A DNA stretch of 63,936 nucleotides from Emiliania huxleyi CCMP1516 (taxonomy: Eukaryota). The notes beneath the pieces were generated by a model. That model searched no databases. It had not been told where the DNA came from and saw only the letters and a list, made by a program, of their open reading frames with translations. Position numbers and translations under genes: made by a program. Positions 23,671 to 35,724 of the stretch are shown one piece after another; the stretch's first letter is position 1, and each line of letters begins with the position of its first letter. The stretch covers positions 187,457-251,392 of the forward strand of contig NW_005201298.1 in assembly GCF_000372725.1 (NCBI RefSeq). Direction: 5' to 3'.

Positions 23671-25454
23671 AGTTGCGGGAGCTCCACAAACCAGGTTAAA
23701 GCTTCTGGGCGGTCGTTAAGGTTCGCTCCCCGCACACCGGCCCCGGAATAAGTTACATCATAGTGTTTGAGTCGCCGCTGCTGAATGCTGACGGAGCGGA
23801 GGCAGCGGAGGGGCCAGCGGCGCCGCTGCCTGCGGAGGCGGGTGCGCCCGCCGCGCCAGCCACCGCCGCGTCCGAGCCACCGCCGCGTCCGGCGCCTGCC
23901 CCTGAGGCGCCATTCACCCACGACGGCCACTTTGATTTTCCGCCACTCCGCAGCCCGCTACATGTACATGTACATGTGCACTCACGCCCCAAGAGTCGAC
24001 TCGGCTCGACGGCTTTAACCATCATGGGGCACGGACCTTCTGCGACAACCCAGCCCCCTAGTGGGCCTGCGACACATCTTTCGCCGCCAACTCTGCTGGG
24101 TCAGTGCAACGTGCACGGTTTCCTTTGCCTCCAAAATGTGTTTCACCATGGAATGCAACAGTTGGGCCTACCCCTTGGCAAAACGTCCTTGAGCCCTTGT
24201 GTAATGGGGCTGAGGCAGTGCCCTTGTGTAATGGGACATGTTCTTCTGGAAAGGAGCTTGCCATCTACCAAGGTCTGCCTATTCACCCCGGGCATCAGTG
24301 GCTTCAGAGTGCCAACAGACAATTCTATCCAACGGCGTTCCACCGACGGCGATACTCAACATGCCTTACCCGCCTGCTGCCTCTGCCTCTCTCAGCCATG
24401 CGACCCCTCCGCCAATGCACACCTCGAACGCGACGTTAGATCCCGCTGCGAGTGGCAACATTCGCGGCGATGAGGCCTCTGCCAGCACTGATCATCACAA
24501 CTCGTCTGTTACGCTACACGTTTTTGCCCTGTGCAGGTGAAGAGCGGACCGGTGAGGGAATGACCTTTTGGCGCGGCGCTGCTATGTGCCTGCGCGCTCA
24601 TGGCGCCTTCAGGGGTGCGCCTGAGGCGTGTAGACTGCGGCCCGGGGCGCCGCGATAGCGCGGCGCCGACGATTGTGTCGCTCACTGTCACACCAACGAC
24701 ACGGTCACAGTGTGTGTGCAGTGCGTCAATTCCGGCGACCGTGACGCCGTCGGCGCTCGTCAAAAACATCTACTGTGGAGCTCTAAGTCTGATGGCGTGT
24801 TGTACTAGTGGTGCTGCACTAGGCGGCCCGTTTTTAGCAAAAAGAAGATACCACATCGCGTGTGGCCGTCGAAAAACCGCATGTTCGCCCGTTTTGGACC
24901 CCTTCGTACGGCTCCAAAAACCGCTCCTTAACGACGACTACGCGGCCCGGCGGTCGATCTGCGCCTTCTCAGCGGTGGTGTGGATATGGGCGGTACGTGC
25001 GGACTGCGTGGTGCTGCGACAGTTTGACGAGTGCGACTCCCAGCGTCGACTTTGCGGACCCCACGGAGCCTCTGCTGCTCCGGGGGGGGGGGGGGGTCTG
25101 CAGACCACCCGGCCGAACTTCAGAGACAGTAGCGGTGCTCCTCAAATACCGCTCAAACGCCCACGATGCTGTCGAGGGGACATATGCTGATGATCCTGGC
25201 CCAATTGGTTCGCTCAGAAAGCTTCTGGGCGGTCGTTAAGGTTCGCTCCCCGCACACCGGCCCCGTCACGCCGGGATCGTGTCCCTCACTACTTGCCCAA
25301 CCATTCGTACAGGAGAGTAGACAGATGATGACGACACGCACGAGCGACACACAGACACAAACAAGCTCACAAGACACACAGCCAGCGGGCTGCCACACAT
25401 CCTGAGTGGGCGTAACCCCGTATTCGAAAAAAGAAAAGACCTTCCCGCCAAACC

Positions 25455-27054
25455 ATGGCGTCTCACAACGGACTTCAGTGCTGGATGTGCCTTGGCGGGG
25501 CGACGCACGCCTGCCCGCGCTGCGACGTCGCATACGGGACCGCCGTCTGCCTGACGTGCTTTGAGAAGGCGGCCCGCCAGGCCGACACGAAGCGCAAGCT
25601 TGGCCGCCTACGGCACGACGCGCTCGACTGGACCGGCGCGCCGCGAGGAGAGCGGCCGCTGCGGCCGGTCGACATGGCGACGACGCCAGCTTCGCCGTGC
25701 CAGTGCTGCACGCGCGAGTGCCTGCAGCCGCAGCTGGTGCTGCTTCCGGCGCCCGCGCCGCCGCTCGCTGCAGGCCCCGGCGGCCAGCAGGCACCGCCGG
25801 TGCCGGTGCGGGTGCCCAAACCACACCGCAGATTCTGAGTCGCGCGCGGCTGTCTCTCTCTCACGCTCTTCGCCCTTCGCCCGCCAGGTGCCGGCTGTGG
25901 AGGCGGCGGCGGCGACGGCCGCGCCAGCGACGCCGGTCGAGCTCGCGCCGCTGCCTGCGGAGGCTGCCTCGCCGCCGGCAGGCGGTGCGGCGGCGCCCTC
26001 TGCGGGCAGTGCGTCATGGATCACGTTCCTCGGGACGGCAAGCGCGTGGGTTGGGGGGGCCCTGCTCGAGGCAGCGGCGGAGGGCTTCCGCCGAGCAAAG
26101 CGGCGGCGATGCGATGGGGAGCAGAGGGAGGGGAGGGGGGGGGAGGAGGAGGAGGAGGCGCCGCGTGTCGGCGCGAGCGAGCGGGCGCGCCTCGGCGGCC
26201 CCTCCGCCGACGAGGCGGGCGGCGGTGGCGCGCCGCCGGCCGCGCCGGCCGCGCAGGCCGCCGTGCGCACCATCACCGCTGCAGGCGCCGAGGCAGTTCG
26301 GCAGGCAGACAGGGAGGGGCTTACGCTGGCCACGGGCTGCGGCAACACCGGCTACAAAGGCGTCTGCTACCGCCCGAAGGAGCGAGGCAGCAAGAAGTAC
26401 AGGCTGTCGGTGTTTGTTGGCGGCAAGATGCTCTCCCTCGGCTACTTCACCACCCCCGAGGAGGCGGCGCTCTTCTACGCCCGCAGGGAGGCGGGCAGGG
26501 ACATGGTTGCGCCGGCGAGCCAGAGGATGTACTTGCGCCGAGCTGGCTCGCTCGAGGCGACCACCGGCGAGGCGACCACCGGAGCGGGCGCGGCACCCAC
26601 CGGAGGGGCACCCGCCGGCACGGCGATGCCCATTGAGGACCTCGCCGGTGCGGTGGCCCGCGGGGCGGCCGGCGCGGCGGCCACCGGAGCCGCCCGCATG
26701 ATGGCCCCGCCGCGGACCGCGTCGTCAGAGGGCGTTGTGCTGATCCCAGCCGTCCGCAAGGACAGCACGACGGGCTACAAGAACGTGATCTTCCACCGCG
26801 GCAGTAAGCAGTTCGAGGCGAAGGTGCGACCTGGCGGCAAGAGTGTCTTCCTCGGCTCCTTCGACACCGCCGAAGAGGCGGCCACCGCCTACGCTCGCTC
26901 AGAGTACGGCCGTGCCGACGCCGCCAAGCTGCTGCAGCCCCGCGCTGGCACGGGGACGGCCAGCGCGGCGCCTGCTGGTGCGGGTGCGGCGACCGGCGCG
27001 GGTGCCGCGCCCGCCGCTCGCCAGGCGATTGCTAACTTCGCCGCCGCGCTCTAG
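25455..27054 (+). CDS. Protein with an N-terminal Cys-rich (zinc-finger-like) region and two AP2/ERF-like DNA-binding domains
   Basis: Exon 1 has CWMC..CPRC..CLTC. Intron about 25800-25887. AP2-like segments: TGYKGV..LGYFTTPEEAALFYAR and TGYKNV..FLGSFDTAEEAATAYAR. Confidence 0.75.
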
Positions 27055-27309
27055 ACGAGCACCGGCCGGTGCTGGCGTGGAAGACGGCGGCCATCCGCGC
27101 GTATCTAGTGTGCGTGTCCTAAGTGTTGGTGTCTGCGCAACCTCCTGGAGCCTAGCAGAAGGCGGCCGGCGGTGGGGCGAGGGAAGGGGGGGGGGGGGGG
27201 GTATGGTCCCGTCGGCGGGAGGCTGGGTCTGTCAGCAGGATTCGATTACCATACGTACCATACCAAAGGAAAAGTGGCAATTTTTCCGTGCTGCCCCACA
27301 ACAAAAAAA

Positions 27310-27663
27310 GCGCGCGCAGCGCGCTACATGGCGCCGCAGGCGCCTTGCGTGGCGCGCAGCGCCGCCGCAGGCGGCGGACAGCAGGTGCGCGAAATTAAAC
27401 GCATTTTCGGTTCCGCACTTTTGCCACTAACATCAAAATCCGGTGCAATATGTCGGGCGGATGAATGATTGATTGTGATTGATTCGACTAATACATGCCC
27501 GCCATGCGCAGGCCAGCGCCGCGCTGTGACAAGCATAGAGACGCCCCGACCTCTCTGAACTAAGCCAGATTACTGCGAACGAACGCGCAGCGGGGCAGCC
27601 AACGGCCGTAGACGGGTCACAAATTGCCCGGGACGGCTGACGTAGAGCCACATGCACATTAAG
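27310..27663 (+). repeat. Dispersed repeat family A, copy 1
   Basis: High similarity to 31969-32355, e.g. GGCGGCGGACAGCAGGTGCGC.AAATTAAACG and GACCTCTCTGAACTAAGCCAGATTACTGCGAACGAACGCG. Confidence 0.85.
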
Positions 27664-28567
27664 CAGCAACAGCCGTAGAGGATTGTTAAACGGGTCGGCG
27701 CTCGCGGACGAGGCACAGCGCGCCATTGGTGCGGCGTCGCGCGACCGCGAGGGACCGCGGGGGGGGGCTAGTGGGATGGGGGCTCTAAGGGGAAGGGAGC
27801 GGGGGGCGCCCAGTAGGGCGCCGGCGCCCCAGCGTAGAGGGCCGTGTGTAGCAGGGCGTCGCCACAGCGCTGCAGCTGTACTGCGACTCACCTTCACCTA
27901 CGCTCGGGAGCCGCGCCATCGTCATCGCCCTCGACTACTCCAACGCCTACTCGACGAGCCTGCTCGACTCGTCGGCACGGGCGACCCTGATGCTTCCCAT
28001 TTTTTCGTTTCTTTTGAGAGCAGGACGCCGGGTTTGTCTTGTATGTGCGTGTCGGGCCAGGGTGTGTGCGCGGGGCGGCGAGGGGCAGGGGCGTGCAGGG
28101 CGGGGGCCCAACGTCGGGCGGCTTGCGGGGCCGACAAAATCGAGGGGGGGAAGAGGAGAGCGGATGGGCGGTCGGCGTTGGGGTAGCAGTGACAGGGCGT
28201 ACGGGGTAGCCGTCACTCTCCTGCCTCAAAAGGGCGGGGCTGTCCCGGAAAGTGAGAAACGCCGGGCAGCGTGGCGCACAACTGAACCCTCCCACACGTG
28301 CTTGTGCTTCCTCCTTCGCTGTCACATCCCCTCCTCTCTTTCCCGCCTGGCTGGGCGGGGCGGCGGGCGGGCGCGCGGTGCGGTGCGGCGTGTGTGTGCG
28401 AGTGACTGCTACCAGGGACCACGGGCTTGTATTATTAACAACGAAGGCGCTCTCAAAAAAAAAAGCCGCCCAAAAAGTCCGAACCCGGCGGTCCTCAGGA
28501 CGGCACGCAGCAGGAAGGCGGGGGCAATTCTTTTTTCCAGTGGCAGTCTCCGGCGAGCGCTCTGACC

Positions 28568-30586
28568 ATGGTCCCCAAGGTAGCAGCGCGCGAGGAACCG
28601 CTTCTCCCCGCCTCGGAGGGCTACGTGGAGTACCCAGCGGCGCGGCGGCAGGCGCTGCCGCGCTGGATCACCGTCGCCGGCGCCGGCATGGGCGTCGCCA
28701 CGCTCCTCCTCCTCATCTCGGCAGCGTCCCAGCACAGCGCTCCGACGTCTTCTTCGTCGGTCATGCCGTCGGCGGCCGCGGCCGGCGCGGCGTCGGGGGC
28801 GGTGCTCTCGGGCGTCCTGGACCTGCCGGCGCAGCAGCAGCCGCAGACGCACCTCCTCGCGGCGCAGTCGGCGCGGGAGGAGCCGGCGGCTGCGCGGAAG
28901 AAGGGCGTGCACGCGGTCCGGTTGAGCAAGGTTGAGCGGACGGCGCGGCAGCACGCGCTGGAGCTGAACGACGAGACCTCGCAGGGGCTGTTTGCCCTCG
29001 GCGGAGCCACCACCAACCTCATCGCGGCGGATGGCGACGCGGGGACGGCGACAGTTGAGCTGAAGGACTTCCAAGATGCGCAGTACTACGGCGAGATTTC
29101 GATTGGCACTCCGCCCCAGACCTTCTCCGTCGTCTTCGACACCGGGTCGGCAAACCTCTGGGTGCCCTCGTCGCGCTGCAAGGGCTTCAACCTCGCGTGC
29201 TTCCTCCACCGCCGCTACGCAAGCGACAAGTCGGACACCTTTGTGCGCGATGGCACGCCCTTCGCAATCAAGTACGGGTCCGGCTCGATGTCCGGCTTCA
29301 TCTCGCACGACAAGATCAGCGTCGGGTCGCTCACTCTCAAGAACGCCTCCTTCGCCGAGGCCGTCACCGAGCCCGGCGCCGCGTTTGTTCTCTCAAAGTT
29401 CGACGGCATCCTCGGCCTCGCATACCCGTCGCTCTCGGTCCACTGCCTCACGCCCGCCATACAGCACTGTGAGGAGACGCTGTTCACACCCGCAGCTGTG
29501 AGCAGGTCAACGGCCTTACGCCCGCCATACAGCACTGTGAGGAGACGCTGTTCACACCCGCAGCTGTGAGCAGGTCAACGGCCTCACGCCGGTGATGCAG
29601 GAGCTGATCAAGCAAGGCCAGCCCATACCTCCCCATATCTCCCCATATCTCCCCATATCTCCCCATATCTCCCCATATCTCCCCATATCTCCCCATATCT
29701 CCCCAGATCTCAAGCAAGGCCAGCCCGCGACGAGCTAACTACTACTCAACAGCTAATCGTTACTAATGAACGAAGTCATCACCAGGCCAGCTCGCGGCGC
29801 CGCTCTTCTCCTTTTGGATGAGCAAGGACCCGAAGCAGACGCCGGGCGGCATGCTCTTCCTGGGCGGCGTCGACGACTCCTACTACACCGGCGACCTGCA
29901 CTGCCTCCCCATACCTCCCCATGTCCCCCATATCTCCCCCATATCTCCCCATATCTCCCGCACAGGCGACCTCCACTACCTCCCGATATCTCCCCATATC
30001 TCCCCATATCTCCCCATATCTCCCCGTATCTCCCGCACAGGCGACCTCCACTACCTCCCCATCACACGCAAGGGCTACTGGCAGTTCGACCTCGACGCAG
30101 TGTCGGTCGGCGGAAGCGACGTCCTCACAAAGGGCTCCGCCATCGCCGACACGGGCACCTCGCTCGTCGTCGGCCACGATGGGTGTGAACAGCGTCTCTT
30201 CACACCTCTGGCTGTGAACAGGCACCTCGCTCATCGTCGGCCCCACCGAGCAGCTGAAGAAGGTGATTGGCAAGCTGGGCCTCGCGGACGCGCAGGCGGG
30301 GATGGGCGGGCAGTACTCGATTCCGTGCGACAAGAAGGGGGAGCTGCCCACGCTCTCGTTCACCTTGGGCGGCAAGACCTTTAGCCTCGAGTCGGCCGAG
30401 TACGTGCTGGAGATGGAGCTGCTCGGCAAGAAGATGTGCACCCTCGGGCTGATGCCGATGGACGTACCAAAGCCGGCTGGCCCGCTCTGGATCCTCGGCG
30501 ACGTCTTCCTCTCAAAGTACTTCTCGGTCTACGACTTTGGCAACGACCGCGTCGGCTTCGCCGAGGCGGTGGCGACGGCGCCGTAA
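28568..30586 (+). CDS. Pepsin-family (A1, cathepsin D-like) aspartic protease with an N-terminal signal-anchor, multi-exon
   Basis: [41 protein letters not shown], second catalytic IADTGTS (split by intron 30155-30221) and WILGDVFL. Confidence 0.95.
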
Positions 30587-31968
30587 GGAGCTGGAGCCTG
30601 CCGCCTTCCCGCGCCGCCGGTTCCGCCGGCCGGCAGTGGCGGCAGTGCTCGGCGCGGCGGGCGGACGCTCCTCTTCTCGCGGTGGACGTGTTGTGCGTGT
30701 GTGTGCGCGCCGCTGTGGGGGCGTCTCGCCACCGGAGCAGGCGGCGGGCAGGGGGGGCTGTCTGCAGCGTGGTCTCCGTCTCGACCCAGGGGCGTGCCCG
30801 AGGCGGCGGCAGTGCTGCGTCGCCGTGCGTGTCGTTGCGTGACTGCCCGTGCACCGTGATGCCGTGACGAGGCGGCATCACGCGGGAGTGTCGATGCGAG
30901 CGGAGGTTGCTAGAGGGAGGTTGCCCCGCAGTGGCAAACCTTGCAACCCCGCCTCTTCTTTGCGTGAGTGTGCCGCGCGCGTGCCATACCACTTACCAGC
31001 TGTGCCGTGCTTTCATTTATATGTTCTCAGCAACGCTAAGCCACGTTGACGTACTGTATCTTTCGGATACCGTGCGCGGGGCCCGGCCCCAGGCGGCGCG
31101 GCCCGAGGGGGCGCCCCGGCGCGGGCCCGCCCGCGGCCGGCGCCGCCCCGCGCCCCCGCGCCCCGGCCAGGCTCGTGCGTCGTGGTCAAAAAGTCAGAGA
31201 GTGGGGTGGCGCTAGTGATCGTGGCGTCGTGCCCGCGATGCGGTGAACTGAAGACTGAAGACCCTCCTCGGTGTTGATAGTTGGGTTCGATCAATGGGTG
31301 CCGCCTTTACAAGCTCTGCGCCCTGACGAATGTGCAGATGTGGTTGGACGGTTGGCCCGAGAACGCTCCCAGAGCCGTCGGCGTCGAGCGGCAGACGCAG
31401 ACACGGTCCCGGCGCACAAGAGAGGCACAGGGCTCACCGCTCTGCGCTTGGAATGGGGGCGCGGTCACCCTTGTGTTCAAGCTCAGCCAGTCCTCCTGTC
31501 TTTGCCCAGCCGCGATGTTTTGGCAGGCCAGCGATAGGTCATCCAGCCGGTCAAAAGCATTGCTGTCGTCCTCCTCACGTTTCTTGAGCCAGCGGCGCTG
31601 GGTCTCGCGCGGTGACAGGATGTTCTGCATCGATCCCGAGGACATTGAGCTTGGAGTCGAGGCGTAGGAGAGGGAGGAGAGCTCCTCAAAGTCGAAGTCG
31701 GACCCGCTGGCCAGCTCGGATGAACCTTGCTTCGGGTCTCGCGCCAAATCCGGCACGGTGACGGCTGAGGCCAGAGCCGACCTCTTCATCATCCCACCCC
31801 TTCGTTCGAGTCTGGGAGTTGCTGGCGCCGCCTACGGCTCGTCCACAACCGCAATCAACCCCGCCCAATGGAAAATTCGCCGCGCGGTTTCACAAAACAA
31901 CTAAACTAAAAAATGGCATTTTTTCGGTAAAATTACACTGTGAAAAAGACAGAAAAAGAGAGAGAAAA

Positions 31969-32355
31969 CGCGCGCGCAGCGCGCGTAGGCGGCGCGCAGC
32001 GCCGCCGCAGGCGGCGGACAGCAGGTGCGCAAAATTAAACGCCATTTTCGGTTCCGCGGTTTTGCCACTAACATCAAATGTCGGGATGATTGATTGATTC
32101 GACTACATGCCCGCCTTTGCGCAGGCCAGCGCCGCGCTGTGATACGCATAGAGACGACCCGACCTCTCTGAACTAAGCCAGATTACTGCGAACGAACGCG
32201 TAGCACGAACGCGTAGCGCGCGGCGGGGAAGTCAACGGGGCAGCCGGCCGGGCGGCCGGCCGCGCCCGAGGCGCGAGGGCGTAGACGGGTCACAAATTGC
32301 CCGGGACGGCTGGTCACTTGGTCTCTGACGTAGGCCACGCACATGCACATTAAGC
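31969..32355 (+). repeat. Dispersed repeat family A, copy 2
   Basis: See 27310-27663. Confidence 0.85.
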
Positions 32356-32699
32356 GGTGACATGACCTGATTGTTAAGAGCCGGTCCGCGAAATTAAATG
32401 CCATTCTCCAGGCAGGTATCCATTTTAGCACTATCTTCGAAATCCCGGCCGGTACTGTTTTAAGAATGAGTGAAAGAGGTTGTTGGTATTGTCTCTGAAA
32501 GAAATGGGCTCGGCTGCGCCTGGGTTCGGAGCTTCAACGCCGGCCATTGCGCCGAATAAAACGGCGGCAAGTGCCGGACAGTGCACAGGGGCTTCGGCGA
32601 GAGCGTCGATGCCTTGAGTTGCCCGCTATGGCCGGGGGCTGCACCGCCGTGTGCATCAAGAAGAACTTGCACATGTGGAAACTGTGTATATGCCGAAAT

Positions 32700-33750
32700 G
32701 TGACGGCGGCGAGGGCGACACGGACGGAGCAGGCGACAAAGGCGAATCCGACGGCGGAGGCGGCGACGGCGACACGGACGGAGGCGGCGAAAGCGAGACC
32801 GATGGCGGCGACGGCGACGGCAAGCGAGCTTGCTGCGGGGAGGGCGAGACGGAGGAAGGCAGCGGCGACGGCGACACGGACGGAGGCGGCGACGGCGACA
32901 CGGACGGAGGCGGCGACGGCGACACGGACGGAGGCGGCGAAAGCGAGACCGATGGCTGCGACGGCGACGGCAAGCGAGCTTGCTGCGGGGAGGGCGAGAC
33001 GGAGGAAGGCAGCGGCGACGGCGACACGGACGGAGGCGGCGACGGCGACACGGACGGAGGCGGCGACGGCGACACGGACGGAGGCGGCGAAAGCGAGACC
33101 GATGGCGGCGACGGCGACGGCAAGCGAGCTTGCTGCGGGGAGGGCGAGACGGAGGAAGGCAGCGGCGACGGCGACACGGACGGAGGCGGCGAAGGCGACA
33201 CGGACGGAGGCGGCGAAGTCGACACGACCGACGGCGGCGGGGAGAGCGATTCCAACGGCGGCGGCGGCGACGGCGACGAGGACAGAGGCGGCGAAAGCGA
33301 GACCGACGGCGGCGACGGCGACGGCGACATGGATTGAGGCGGCAAAGGTGAGATCGGCGGCGGGGATGGCGAGACGGAGGAAGGCAGCGGCGACGGCGAC
33401 ACGGACGGAGGCGGCGACGGCGACACGGACGGAGGCGGCGAAGGCGACACGGACGGATCCGAGGCGGCGACGGCGACACGGACGGCGGAGCGGCGACAGC
33501 GACACGGAAGAAGGCGACGGCGAGACCGACGGCACGGCGGGGAGGGTGAGGGCGGCAGCGGGGAGGAGTGCGGCGGCAACGGCAGCGGCGAGGGCGGCGG
33601 CGACGGCGGAGGAGAGAGCGGCGGAGAGGGCGGTGGAGAAGGCCGCGGGGAGGGTGGCGGAGAGGGCGGTGGAGGCGAGGGCGGCGGCGACGGCGGAGGA
33701 GAGCGCGGAGGCGACAGTGGCGGAGAGGGCGGCGAGGAGGGTGGCGAACT
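32700..33750 (-). repeat. Ser/Pro-rich (SPPP / SPSPPPSV) coding-type repeat, including three 150-bp units from about 32761
   Basis: The minus strand translates as extensin-like SPSPPPSV repeats. The parent gene could not be defined. Confidence 0.6.
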
Positions 33751-34439
33751 CGCATTAATTCACCTGCGGGAACCGGGACGGCGGGGAGGTGGCGGGACCG
33801 AATCGTACCGCGGGCCGCCGGGCAGCGGCCATACCCGCTCGGGGGAGGCAGGGCTCAGAATCGGTTTCAGGCCACAAGGCCGGTGAGTTGGGCGTGACCG
33901 TCATCTAGAACGCGCCCGCTCGCTCGCGAAGTCGGTCTGCGGAAGGTAACGACGATTCGGCTAGCTGGGCGTCTGCGGAGGCAACGGGCGGGCTGGCGAT
34001 CCGCAACGAGGCCTGTTTGTGGCGGTCGGACAGGCACCCGTCGCATCTGTGGACAGGTGTGACGACGGCAGTGACGAGATTGCGGCGCAGCCGCGCACGG
34101 GGTCCCGCCGTCAGCGGCCACACAGGCAAGAGCGGCACATCATGAGTCGGGGGGGTGTCGGGGCACGACGAGGGTTGCTTCGGCTGGCGCTCGGAGGCCA
34201 CCAGGCGGCCCCATTTGCGTCCGGCAGGTGCCTGCCGCACGCCTGCCGCACGCTCTAACGTGCAGAGCACCGAATAGACGCCTTGCCCTAAAAAATGGAG
34301 CGTAAAAATGGAGCTCTTGTTGGAAACTAAGCAAAAGGCGCTGTTGGTTCCATTGCCATCCGAGAGGGCGTCCACATTTTTCTTCTGTGCACGTATGCAC
34401 AATTGTATATGACACACGCGAACTCCGTAACCGCTGCGG

Positions 34440-35522
34440 ATGGTCGATGCGGACTGCAATCGCTCTGAGAGTGCGCTGGTTGGCGGAAGCGCAATGCTCG
34501 ACGGGGGCGAGGCCCCCACGGCGGCGACAGAGGCGCCGGCGACAGGAGCGATCGACTTGAATGAATTGCTCCGCTCAGGGCAAAAGCTCCCGCCCAGCGC
34601 ACGTCCGCCAGAGCCAGCCGGCGCCGACGGCCTGGAGCAGCAGTCTTGGCTGCAGCAGCTGAAGATGTGGGCCGTGGCGCAGAGCCGTCTCGAGGAGACG
34701 CCAATGTACCAGATCAAGGAGCAGGCCTTTTCGGAGCAGCTGGAGCGGGAAGCTGAGGCGCGCCGGCGCCAGGTCCTCGCCCAGCGCAAGGAGTACCATC
34801 GTCCGATGGACTTTCTGCAGCTCGAGAGGCAGGCCAAGCTTGAGGCGGAGGAGCGAAAATGGGAGGCCGCGCCAGAGCCCGCTCGGCCGAAGCCGGGCGC
34901 GCCGGTCCGGCTCCCTCCCTGCAATAGCCAGTATCACGTCTCCAAGTTCCAGCTCGCCGCGCGAGAGAGCCACGCGCGCCGGCTGAATGCGGAGGCGAAC
35001 AAGCGGCAGGAGGCGTGCCGCAGGCGCGAGGCGGCCCGCGAGTACGCGACTACGACGGCGGCCATGAGGAGGCAGCCGCCCCTGCGCAAGTCGGCGAGCC
35101 GGTTGCAGCCGCCAGCTGCTGGGAAGCGCATCGACTCGATCATAAGCGGTCCCCCCGCATCGAGGAGAGGGCTCTACCCGGCAGTCAGGACATATGCGAC
35201 GCTGTCTCCGCGCCGGAGGGAGGCGCCGAGCTCGCAACCGCCGTCCCGCGTCGCCCACGAGCAGCAAGTCAAGGCGCTGGCCGCGCGCGCCACGACGCTC
35301 AACCAGCGCGTCCGCGATCTTGAGGCGGAGCGGGGCGAGCAGCGGCGGGGCCTGGAGAACAGCGTCATCTCCGATTTCCTGGCCCACGAGACGGACAAGT
35401 GGGAGGGGGCGCTGTCGACCCAGCAGGAGGTTGTCGCAGGTTACGCCCAGGCCATTAGGGCCAAGCTCGAGCTCTGGGAGGCGCTAGGCCAAGTACCGTC
35501 CAAGGCGCAGCGAGGGAGATGA
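34440..35522 (+). CDS. Hypothetical coiled-coil protein
   Basis: Intact 360-aa ORF rich in E/R/Q/A with coding-like codon bias. Confidence 0.6.
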   Translation: MVDADCNRSESALVGGSAMLDGGEAPTAATEAPATGAIDLNELLRSGQKLPPSARPPEPAGADGLEQQSWLQQLKMWAVAQSRLEETPMYQIKEQAFSEQLEREAEARRRQVLAQRKEYHRPMDFLQLERQAKLEAEERKWEAAPEPARPKPGAPVRLPPCNSQYHVSKFQLAARESHARRLNAEANKRQEACRRREAAREYATTTAAMRRQPPLRKSASRLQPPAAGKRIDSIISGPPASRRGLYPAVRTYATLSPRRREAPSSQPPSRVAHEQQVKALAARATTLNQRVRDLEAERGEQRRGLENSVISDFLAHETDKWEGALSTQQEVVAGYAQAIRAKLELWEALGQVPSKAQRGR

Positions 35523-35652
35523 AAAGTTGTTTTTCAAAGTAGCTTTTTTCTCACACGCCTCGCCGATCTCTGCAAGCGATCCTACCCGTGAGACTGACAG
35601 AAGCAACGCCTACTTTAATGCCGTGGGGCTCCTGTCGTTAGAGACGTGGTGA

Positions 35653-35721
35653 CGCGAGGGTCGCACCCCTTGCCCCACCACCTCGTGTGGAGAAGTTTAC
35701 CTTACCTTACCTTACCTTACC
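35653..35721 (+). mobile_element. 3' end of a putative non-LTR/SINE-like element with a (TTACC)n tail
   Basis: GCGAGGGTCGC..CCCTTGCCCCACCAC..GTGTGGAGAA.TTTAC(CTTAC)n. It matches the reverse complement of 50388-50460. Confidence 0.55.
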
Positions 35722-35724
35722 TAC

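Noticed and set aside
32547..33758. 403-aa Ala/Thr/Arg-rich and Gly/Asp-rich plus-strand ORFs
   Set aside because: Alternative frames of a stop-free repeat. The minus-strand Ser/Pro reading is more plausible, and no gene model could be supported.
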